Below, one piece after another: positions 9,359 to 17,346 of a stretch of DNA of 27,803 nucleotides (position 1 is the stretch's first letter; the number at the start of each line of letters is the position of its first letter). The stretch covers positions 1-27,803 of the forward strand of contig DXJF01000126.1 of the NCBI GenBank assembly GCA_019057375.1, in the 5' to 3' direction. The stretch is from Candidatus Heimdallarchaeota archaeon (GTDB lineage: Archaea; Asgardarchaeota; Heimdallarchaeia; Heimdallarchaeales; Heimdallarchaeaceae). A program made the translations under genes and the position numbers. The notes beneath the pieces are model-generated. The model had not been told where the DNA came from. It ran no database searches and saw only the letters and a program-made list of their open reading frames with translations.

Positions 9359-10641
9359 TGATAAAACTCAATCTAGGGTGTGGTGTTTTTTATAAACCTG
9401 GATATATCAATATTGATTTATCAGAAAACGATGTTGCTGACGAGATACAGAATGTCGCTAATCTTAAGTTTAAATCTAATAGTGTGGATGTCATAGAAGC
9501 ATCCCATATTCTCGAACACTTCGATATTATTCATCTTCCATACGTTCTTGCAGAGTGGTTTAGAGTACTAAAAACGGATGGGGAATTATGCATTGAAACT
9601 CCAAATTTAGTGAAATCTATTATCTCTTTGAAGCCTAGAAGCGATGAGTCAAAGAAACTCACATACCAATTTCTATTCGGCATTGATTTTGAAGGAAATG
9701 TCCACAAAATAGGTTTCACTACTCGGTTTTTGAAGAAATATCTTATTTCTACTGGTTTTACTAAGATATCAAAACAAAAACAAAAAAGCTTCAAATCAGA
9801 GAAGAGTATAAGGTACTGTTGCAAGAAACCTGCAGAGATTCCACTGACTAACACAAAATTCCTTATAAATCATTTCAGAACACTAATTAAAACTCAATTT
9901 GGCTTATTAGATACTCTCTTTTTAGATCACTGTGAGTCAAATTGTATAAGTTTTTTCAGCAAATTAAAACTAAACAATGACATGAATAATTTGAGTGATG
10001 AATTATGCTTAGAACTAATAGCTTCACTAACACTTTTTAGTCCCAAGGTTGCTAAAATCTTCGTTGAGCTCTTCTCAGACAATTTACCAACTCACATAAA
10101 TTTTGATGTATTAGATTATTTGGATTCTATTGATTTCTCCTCAAAAATGTATGAGAATTGGAAGAGCTGGAGAAAAAATAAAGATAAACCAAAATATGAT
10201 GTATTCTATTTCTATAATCATTGGATTTCAAAAATAAAGAAAAGTTTGTTATCAAAAACTAAGATTGATGTCATGTATAATTTTATTGAATCAGTGGAAA
10301 GGAGCGATTACGATTACTTTTGTTTTGAGCTAGTAGATATCTTATCTCTCAGAAAATCTAATCAAGGCTTAAGATACTTCTCAAACAAAAATTTTGAAAA
10401 AGCAAAAGAATTATTCTTAGAAACCTTGAAACTTCAACCCTATAATCCTGTTTCAAACTGGAATCTAGCTAGATTATCAAAAAATTCTGAGAACAAAGAA
10501 AAGCTACTCATATATTATAAACAAGCAAAGATGAATGCCTTATCACGTGAGTATAAGAAGAAAATAAAAAAGGAGATTCATCTCTTGAAGAAGGGTAATG
10601 AAAAACTAATACCACTAGAACCCATACAAATTAGATTCTAG
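9358..10641 (+). CDS. Class I SAM methyltransferase with C-terminal TPR-like helices
   Basis: KLNLGCG, SHILEH, EWFRVLK.DG; TPR-like GLRYFSNKNFEKAKELFLETLKLQP; TGATG coupling to the radical SAM gene. Confidence 0.85.
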   Translation: MIKLNLGCGVFYKPGYINIDLSENDVADEIQNVANLKFKSNSVDVIEASHILEHFDIIHLPYVLAEWFRVLKTDGELCIETPNLVKSIISLKPRSDESKKLTYQFLFGIDFEGNVHKIGFTTRFLKKYLISTGFTKISKQKQKSFKSEKSIRYCCKKPAEIPLTNTKFLINHFRTLIKTQFGLLDTLFLDHCESNCISFFSKLKLNNDMNNLSDELCLELIASLTLFSPKVAKIFVELFSDNLPTHINFDVLDYLDSIDFSSKMYENWKSWRKNKDKPKYDVFYFYNHWISKIKKSLLSKTKIDVMYNFIESVERSDYDYFCFELVDILSLRKSNQGLRYFSNKNFEKAKELFLETLKLQPYNPVSNWNLARLSKNSENKEKLLIYYKQAKMNALSREYKKKIKKEIHLLKKGNEKLIPLEPIQIRF

Positions 10642-10800
10642 AACTTTTTCATCATTTACTGCAGATAACCTCGGTAGCCAATTTTCCTATAACTGCATGA
10701 AATCTATCAATCTTGAGTTGTGTGCAATTTTCTTTTTTTACTCGTTCAAACTAAAACTTAAAAGCAACTTTTATTTCCTAAAATTATAACTTATCAAGGA

Positions 10801-12096
10801 ATGTTTAGAGTGGAGAAAGTTTCCTTCCGAGAATCAATTAAAAACATGAATTATAATGTCAAATTGGTTTTTCTTTTCTCGTTTTTCACATCCTTTGGTA
10901 GAGGAATTTGGATGGGAAATGTTCTCACAGCTTATATCTATTTCTTCACAAATAAATCCAATATTGTTGTTGGTCAGACCTCTTTAGCTATGGGGTTAAC
11001 CATGACTGTTTTTGTATTTCCTTCTGGCTATTTTGCAGATAAAATTCGCAGAGATATTCTATTAAAAATCGCTTCAGTTGTTGGAGTGGTTGGTCTTGTA
11101 GTTATTCAATTTGGCAATACCATTACAACCATCTTTGTAGCTCTTGCCTTATGGGGGTTGTTTCAAGCTCTAACTAGACCTTCTTTAGAATCTATTTTTG
11201 CAGATTCTGTTGAATCAGGAAAGAGAACGAAAGTCTATTCCTTGGTACATTTGGTCAGGCAATTAGCTATGGCGATTGGACCTTTTGCAAATATCTTTTT
11301 CTTCCTCTGGTTTGGTAATGAATGGACACTTAAGAATATGAAAAACGTAATGCTTATTGGAATTTTAATCACTTTTGTATCTGTTATTATTATGCTGTTT
11401 TTCAATGACAATAAAAGTCTAGGGAGTTCAAGTGAATCCATTGAAGAAAATATGGTAGAGACAGATGAATTAAAACAGAATGGGCTTTCATCAAGGTTAC
11501 CTGTTAGTAGAGCAACTAAACTTGTTCCATATCTTTTGGTTGGTTCAAATATTATAATTGGAGTAGGGGCTGGTATGACGATAAAATATTTTCCACAGTT
11601 CTTTATAGAACAATATCATCTAGAACCTATTTGGGTTCAGATAATTATGGGGCTGACAGCTATTTTCACAGGATTATTAGCACTTCTTGCACAAAAGTTT
11701 TCTGTAAAACGAGGAAGACCACTAATAATTTTCTCTGTTCAACTCATAGCTACTCTCTGTTTATTTGGAATAGCGTTCTATCCAAACATTTGGCTTTTAG
11801 TGCCTTTATTTATAGCCAGAGGAGCGTTGATGAATGCAGGCCAACCCTTGTCTAGATCGATTCTCATGGATGTAGTTCCGAAGAATAAAAGAGGAAAATG
11901 GAATTCATTAGAAACTTTTGCATGGGGATTTTTCTGGAATTTCTCAGCTTTGATAGGTGGATATATAGTTGGAGATATTGATCCAAGATTTTGGTTAGTT
12001 TTCGTGGTTACAGCTTCTGTTTACCTTGTCGGAATCATTCCTCTCCTGTTCCTAATTCCTCTTGTAGGCAAAGAAAAATATGCTGAAAAAATTTGA
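10801..12096 (+). CDS. MFS transporter
   Basis: About 12 TM; motif A GYFADKIRRD; SILMDVVPKNKRG. Confidence 0.92.
   Translation: MFRVEKVSFRESIKNMNYNVKLVFLFSFFTSFGRGIWMGNVLTAYIYFFTNKSNIVVGQTSLAMGLTMTVFVFPSGYFADKIRRDILLKIASVVGVVGLVVIQFGNTITTIFVALALWGLFQALTRPSLESIFADSVESGKRTKVYSLVHLVRQLAMAIGPFANIFFFLWFGNEWTLKNMKNVMLIGILITFVSVIIMLFFNDNKSLGSSSESIEENMVETDELKQNGLSSRLPVSRATKLVPYLLVGSNIIIGVGAGMTIKYFPQFFIEQYHLEPIWVQIIMGLTAIFTGLLALLAQKFSVKRGRPLIIFSVQLIATLCLFGIAFYPNIWLLVPLFIARGALMNAGQPLSRSILMDVVPKNKRGKWNSLETFAWGFFWNFSALIGGYIVGDIDPRFWLVFVVTASVYLVGIIPLLFLIPLVGKEKYAEKI
11930..12091 (+). repeat. Left direct repeat (3' end of the MFS gene)
   Basis: 150/162 identical to 16910-17071 by manual count. Confidence 0.92.
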
Positions 12097-12160
12097 GTTC
12101 CAAAAGGAACACAATATTGCTAAAATTCCACTAAGAAACAGTTTCAAAGAATGAAAAATA

Positions 12161-12397
12161 TCACATAAAATCTTCTAATCCTGATTGTTTTTTGGTTCTC
12201 TGAAAATCCTTCAGTTCCTTATCCTTCTGGTCAATGAACCATTGTTCAATGAGTTTGGTTTCAAGATCAACAACAGATTTAGGTATCCAGATAGGATTGT
12301 CAACAAAGCCATCAATGAAAGCTAGAAAAGCTTCCTCTGTTTCAATATCTACTTTACCTAACTTATAGTCTGAATACTTGCTCTGTTTTTTATCCAT
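12161..12397 (-). CDS. 78-aa protein with a C-terminal PIP-box-like motif
   Basis: Ends KKQSGLEDFM*; ATG lies 1 nt after the stop of the restored upstream gene. Confidence 0.7.
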   Translation of the reverse strand: MDKKQSKYSDYKLGKVDIETEEAFLAFIDGFVDNPIWIPKSVVDLETKLIEQWFIDQKDKELKDFQRTKKQSGLEDFM

Positions 12398-12398
12398 G

Positions 12399-12844
12399 TT
12401 AAAAACTAAGAGGAGATTTCAGTTTATAATTATACCATTCTGTAAGAAGAAAATACAATTTTATGTTAGACAATTCAGATTTATTCGAATAGTTTTCGTT
12501 GTGAATACTTCTGATCTCTTTTTTTCATTATTCTTTCTATTTCTCTCTTTCTCTTCTTTTGGTTTAACTATTGGAAAATAAATGATAATTGAGCTTATAA
12601 TTCCTAAGATTGAAGCTAGTAAGAAAATTCCAATAATCACAAAATATAGAACTTTAAGATAGTATTTGCTTTCTTCTAACGAACTGGCTTTTTCGAATGT
12701 TCCCATAAGAAGTGATCCTGCTAGACCAACACTTACTAAAAGACTCTGGATTGTTATTGATATTGTTGCTTTAGTATCAGCTTGTTTAATAGTGTTCATT
12801 GAGTTTTCATATGCTAACACGACATGATCAAATTTTCTCGTCAT
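12399..12844 (-). pseudogene. PycTM/DUF5706-like 2-TM effector, frameshifted in an A7 run
   Basis: MNTIKQADTKA followed by TM segments. One extra A near 12520 continues KEIRSIHNENYSNKSELSNIKLYFL to TAA at 12399, abutting the next ATG. Confidence 0.55.
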
Positions 12845-12961
12845 TGCATTCCCTCTCAAAATAAAACCTTTGTAACATAAATAAAGATTTTGTGAAAAAT
12901 AGATAATTTAACATAAATCAATATTGAACTAGAATTTAAGAAGGATATTTTTTTTATATTT

Positions 12962-13057
12962 TTAAGGAACTAATCTTCTTTCTTCTTGTGAAAAATGATA
13001 AACTGAGATTTCTTCAGAATAACCAATAAACCTATAGTTCTGAGTACCATTTCCCAT
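12962..13057 (-). CDS. 31-aa small ORF or truncated gene downstream of the TIR gene
   Basis: AGGAG RBS, MGNGTQNYRFIGYSEEISVYHFSQEERRLVP*. Confidence 0.35.
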   Translation of the reverse strand: MGNGTQNYRFIGYSEEISVYHFSQEERRLVP

Positions 13058-13073
13058 AGATAAACTCCTAGAA

Positions 13074-14236
13074 TCATGTAGGAGAAATTTTTACGAATCC
13101 TGAGCCAACTAACTCCATTATCAATTCCATTGCTTTTGCTTCGACCTGATCCTTCTCAAAAGAAATGTGACCAATATCACTGAAATCGCTACTGAGAGTT
13201 ACACTTTTTTCTTTTAGTATCACAATTTTATCGTACAAAATGGATGCTGCTCCTAGCTCGTATACTGCATTGTCACGCTATCAAGCACTGATACGATCAT
13301 CTGTTGATTAGTAGAAATGGATGCTGCTCCTAGCTCGTATACTGCATTGTCACTTGGTCGCCAAATTTCAGTGCCATTTTCATCTATATGCTTTTCGTCA
13401 GCTGTAAAGATTATAATTGCAGATGTACATTCGCGCATTAAATCTGCAACCTTCTTTGAAATTGGACGTCCCTTATGTGGTTCACCTATGGCCATTTTAT
13501 AAGGAATCTTGAACTTGTCAAGAATATCTATCAACTGTTCCACAGGCTTACGATTCTTACCATGAACTACAAAAATCTGATTTTGTTTCCTCGTATCTAG
13601 AGGGATAGTTTGTTGAGTTGTAGTGTCAGCTTCTGCTTCTTCAACATCCGAGGATGAAGTAGTAATGTCTTCAGACATTGATTCACTGGAAACAGATGGA
13701 CCTTTAAAAGTAACATGATATGCTCCTTGGCTGTGAAAGAGTATGCCTGAATAGAGACCATTTGCAATTAATTGGTCAGCACATTCAGAAACTAACTGAG
13801 ATGGTATTTTGAACTGACTTTCTAGTATATTAAGGAAGTATTTTTCCTGCTTAAAAGGAAGTTGTCCGTCTTTGTAATGTTCGTAGATTTTCTTATAAAC
13901 AGGAATGTTCAGAACAGCGGTTTGCCTAGCAGTGATTTCTTCTTCTGGACTTGTAGGTTTAATTATGGATTTTCCAAGCGAAGTTAAGCTGATTGTAGAT
14001 GCTTGATAAGTTCCTTCAGTAAGTCCATATCTGTATGCAGAACTTGTGAAGTCCCGAAAGTTTTGACTAGTTTTTGTGATTTTGACATAGTCCGCGATGA
14101 AAACAGGTTCCCAAGACTTACCATTGTAACCCATTTGAATAGCATTTGCAATTACTAGTGCCTCTTCTAAGGTATTAGGAGGAATGGGGCGTGTAGTTCT
14201 CGTCTTCCTTTTTGCCTTTTCTTTTTTTTCTGACAT
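13074..14236 (-). pseudogene. wHTH-like N-domain plus Cap12-like TIR protein, interrupted by a 77-bp insertion
   Basis: IFVVHG, IFTADE, RPSDNAVYELG. The true C-terminus (ILYDKIVILKEKSVTLSSDFSDIGHISF...SPT*) resumes in another frame after the duplicated segment. Confidence 0.85.
13238..13353. repeat. Perfect 39-bp direct repeat flanking a 38-bp unique spacer
   Basis: aaatggatgctgctcctagctcgtatactgcattgtcac at 13238-13276 and 13315-13353. Confidence 0.97.
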
Positions 14237-14255
14237 ATTAAATATTCACCTAGTA

Positions 14256-14272
14256 TACTCAAATTCTGAGTA
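14256..14272. promoter_or_regulatory. Palindromic candidate operator upstream of the TIR gene
   Basis: tactca-aattc-tgagta between a TATA-like TATATTAAA and the AGGTGA RBS. Confidence 0.35.
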
Positions 14273-14298
14273 CTTTAATATATTTGAAGATATTTAAG

Positions 14299-14955
14299 TT
14301 AATTACGTTTTCTTTTTTTGTAAATAGCTGCAATTTGTAAAGTTATAGCAAGGAAAGCGATTGGAAACATGACTGTTAAACTAACTTCATTAGTATGTGG
14401 ATTGTCAAAATAACTGTAAGTTACATTCATGATTCCTGAATTCATACTAATAAAAGTTAATAGTATCTCCCCAGGAGTTCCATCGACGGTTGTAGGACCA
14501 TATTCAATATATCTCCAGAGAGTATAATTACCATCTGGAAGGTGACTTAAACCTGTTTGATTAATGTAAAACCTCATAATGTCATATTCAATAGTGATAT
14601 TAGGTTGATAGTAATACATTGCAGACATATCAAGACAATATGCTATTAGATCAATCTCTAATGATTGATTAACTAATGTTGCATTAATATTAACTTTTGG
14701 ATAACAAATCCCATCCTCAACAACAGTTTGATTTTTAGTATCTCTATTTAGGATTTCAACTTCTGTTTCAATTCCAAATACAGTATTATTAGGTTTATAA
14801 TAATCTGGTTCAGTAATAACTGTTACCTCAATAATTTCAGATACCCTTGAAGCAATAACTGGTTTTTCTCCACTAACTACTAGTTCACTTGGAAAGACAA
14901 CGATACATATTATTACTGATGTTATCAAGAAATTTCTCAAATGCTTATTTCTCAA
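14299..14955 (-). CDS. Exported beta-rich protein with C-terminal TM anchor
   Basis: Signal peptide, N-x-S/T sequons, C-terminal TM plus basic tail, GGAGGAG RBS before TTG. Confidence 0.8.
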   Translation of the reverse strand: MRNKHLRNFLITSVIICIVVFPSELVVSGEKPVIASRVSEIIEVTVITEPDYYKPNNTVFGIETEVEILNRDTKNQTVVEDGICYPKVNINATLVNQSLEIDLIAYCLDMSAMYYYQPNITIEYDIMRFYINQTGLSHLPDGNYTLWRYIEYGPTTVDGTPGEILLTFISMNSGIMNVTYSYFDNPHTNEVSLTVMFPIAFLAITLQIAAIYKKRKRN

Positions 14956-14977
14956 TATTTCTCCTCCTTTTTCTAAT

Positions 14978-16144
14978 TTAAGCTAACCTACCCTCCATAT
15001 AGGCTTTTCCATAAGCAGTGTATACATCTATATATCCATATCCCATTTGTTGATCAAATGAGCTCCTTGAACTAGCATATTGTAAGATATCAACAACTTT
15101 TTGCACAGTAGGGTCAGTAGAAGAACCAATACCGTTGTGATACCCAGTTATTATTAACGCAATAATCCCAGCTAAATAGGGAGTACTTGCACTGGTTCCA
15201 CAATGATACTTCCAATACCCCCTATAAATCTCGAGGGTTGGGTCAAGATATGGTTGAGTTAGTGTTGGTATCCCATTTCCTGGTGCAAGCCAGTTAACTA
15301 TGTGATTCCCCCCTGTAGAAGATTCATACCATGATGATTTAGCACTTTTTTGACCTTTTGTTGAACCTGAACCATCTGAACGAGTTTCATGATCAATTGA
15401 ACCAATAGTATACCAATCTGTATAGTACTGGGGGTATTTATATGGAATATCATTTAATATGTTATTATAATTGTTATTCTTACCAGCTGAAGAAATCATT
15501 ATAACACCCTTATTTACCAAACTGTCAAAATAACCTTGAGTTGTAGAACTCTTAAAATCAGTATCTATCGACCATGACCAAGAAATAATGTCAATATCTT
15601 TTGATGCTTGATTATCATCAATCCATTCCCAAATTTTGTCTTCTCCATTTTCAAATCCATATGGTTCATCCCCTATATCTAAATCAACAAAAATTACTTT
15701 CACATCTCTTGCAATTGTAGCAAGTACTGATATAACAGCGAAACCATGAAAATGGACAGTTTGATCATCTAAGTAAGGATCATCTGGATCAGTAATATAT
15801 TTAACAAGTCCACTAGATGTTTCTGTAAGAAAACCTATAATGTCAACATTAGCTTCAGGATTCTGTTCTAGCGCCTTCCATTGTATATCTAATAAGCCAG
15901 TATCAATTATAACTACAGTAACGTAATTATCTATACTAATACCATAGTCATGAACGACAATGTCTGCACCTGTATATGTATAAGCTTTATCTTGAAGTTG
16001 CCCAACATTTACAGATGGGTTTGGTACAAGAGTAAATTCTGTTCCATCTAACAACACACCTATGGAGGAAACATTAATAGACTGTACAGGTGCTAATCCA
16101 GTTAATATTATCAAAAATATTGAATATATTTTCCTAAAATTCAT
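14978..16144 (-). CDS. Secreted subtilase (peptidase S8)
   Basis: Signal peptide; triad VIIDTG / HFHGFAV / GTSASTP. Confidence 0.88.
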   Translation of the reverse strand: MNFRKIYSIFLIILTGLAPVQSINVSSIGVLLDGTEFTLVPNPSVNVGQLQDKAYTYTGADIVVHDYGISIDNYVTVVIIDTGLLDIQWKALEQNPEANVDIIGFLTETSSGLVKYITDPDDPYLDDQTVHFHGFAVISVLATIARDVKVIFVDLDIGDEPYGFENGEDKIWEWIDDNQASKDIDIISWSWSIDTDFKSSTTQGYFDSLVNKGVIMISSAGKNNNYNNILNDIPYKYPQYYTDWYTIGSIDHETRSDGSGSTKGQKSAKSSWYESSTGGNHIVNWLAPGNGIPTLTQPYLDPTLEIYRGYWKYHCGTSASTPYLAGIIALIITGYHNGIGSSTDPTVQKVVDILQYASSRSSFDQQMGYGYIDVYTAYGKAYMEGRLA

Positions 16145-16381
16145 TTTCTTTCCCCCATTTATTGTAATTTACTTAAAAAGTGGTTTCTCTTATTTCTTTA
16201 AAAGCAATTCTGAAAACTATGAATTTAGGTATAAAAACCTTCAGAATTTACCCTTTAGTTTTATATTCTTTCTCTAATAGTGTTAACTCAACTAAGATCG
16301 GTCATATTCTTGGGTAGGATTTCTTTTGGTGGGTTTAAATAATTCTTTCAACTAATACTAGTTAAGGTACAATTTAGTTTT

Positions 16382-16850
16382 GAAGAGTTTCTGAAGAAAG
16401 CTGAAGAAAAGCTGATTTCGTTGAACCTAAACAAGAAGAACAAGAACCTGACATAGATGAAGAAAAAAAGCCTCATTGGTTATATTCATTCTTATCTGAT
16501 ACGTGGTTAATATTGGTTGGCACAGCCTTTGAAATCTTCTTAATACTATTAGCTATTTTTATAGAACAAAACATCGCTGCAAGAATAACAGCTATCATCT
16601 TTGCTAGTTTGTTTTTCTCGGGAGGATCATTTGGTCTTTATCTGAATTTAAAGAAAAAAACTTACAAAAATTTGAACGAAATGAAATCCCTGATATTCTT
16701 TTAAACAATAAATTTCTAGGGTTATTTTCTAAACCAATAAAAAAGAGAAAAGTATTCATTGAGAAATATGGAGAAGATATTTTAGAGGATGTAAGTATCT
16801 ATAGTGACATGAGAAGGGGGATACTTTCACTAAATATTATACAATTATAT
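16382..16850 (+). pseudogene. Decayed 2-TM membrane protein gene with two A-run frameshifts
   Basis: EEFLKKAEE / KADFVEPKQEEQ...LYLNLKK / NLQKFERNEIPDILLNNKFLG join after adding single As near 16410 and 16655; no start found. Confidence 0.45.
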
Positions 16851-16851
16851 T

Positions 16852-17088
16852 TTCTTGAATTTTTCTGCTCTTATTGGAGGTTATCTTGTTGGTGATGTAG
16901 CTCCTAGAGTTTTCTGGAATTTCTCAGCTTTGATAGGTGGATATATAGTGGGTGATATTGATCCAAGATTTTGGTTAGTTTTCTTAGTAACAGCTTGTGT
17001 TTACCTTGTTGGAATCATTCCCCTCCTGTTCCTAATTCCACTTGTTAGCAAAGAAAAATATACTGAAAAAAAGCACTTAGAGGGTTAG
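16852..17088 (+). pseudogene. Displaced MFS 3' end, preceded by a more divergent 60-nt copy of the same helix
   Basis: FLNFSALIGGYLVGDVAPRV then FWNFSALIGGYIVGDIDPRF...; 16910-17071 is the right direct repeat. Confidence 0.88.
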
Positions 17089-17100
17089 TTTTTTTACTTT

Positions 17101-17215
17101 CAGTGAAGCCTCCCCAACTACTGATTTATATATTGATTTCAACAATAGTTTCTTGGAGGAGGTTGAAATGACCTCTTTTCCACTTGGGGGGTAAAACCCC
17201 CACCCAAACCCTTTT
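17101..17215. other. GC-rich multi-hairpin element at the island boundary
   Basis: gaggt-tgaaatg-acctc, ggggg-gtaaaa-ccccc, atttcaac/gttgaaat, imperfect cctccccaa/ttggaggagg. Confidence 0.4.
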
Positions 17216-17346
17216 GGAATGTTTTGTTAAATTCAGTTAGATAGTATACAATATTTCATTATTTAAACTTCAAAGGCAAAAACTGATAAGTATCTTTCTT
17301 CAATAGTATTTTAAGATTTATATTTGGTAAAGTAGGGGATATCAAA

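Larger units (their letters stand above)
12092..16909. mobile_element. ~4.8-kb genomic island inserted at the MFS 3' end, no integrase or transposase seen
   Basis: Bounded by the 162-bp repeats; carries defence-effector-like genes and pseudogenes. Confidence 0.65.

Noticed and set aside
10645-10750. Minus-strand peptide-like stretch between the methyltransferase and MFS genes
   Set aside because: No start codon, about 30 codons, no recognisable motif
12097-12110. gttcc-aaaa-ggaac hairpin as a terminator or att site
   Set aside because: Only a 5-bp stem, no U-tract, and absent from the right repeat
13253-13276. ORF-track stop at 13253 as the real end of the TIR gene
   Set aside because: The tail STNQQMIV... 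is read from the insert; the true TIR C-terminus continues to 13074
13277-13314. Sequencing adapter or linker contamination
   Set aside because: No match to the Illumina, Nextera, ONT or SMRTbell adapter sequences I recall; not excluded without a UniVec search
13238-13353. CRISPR array
   Set aside because: Only two repeats; the repeat is in-frame TIR coding sequence; no leader or cas genes in the window
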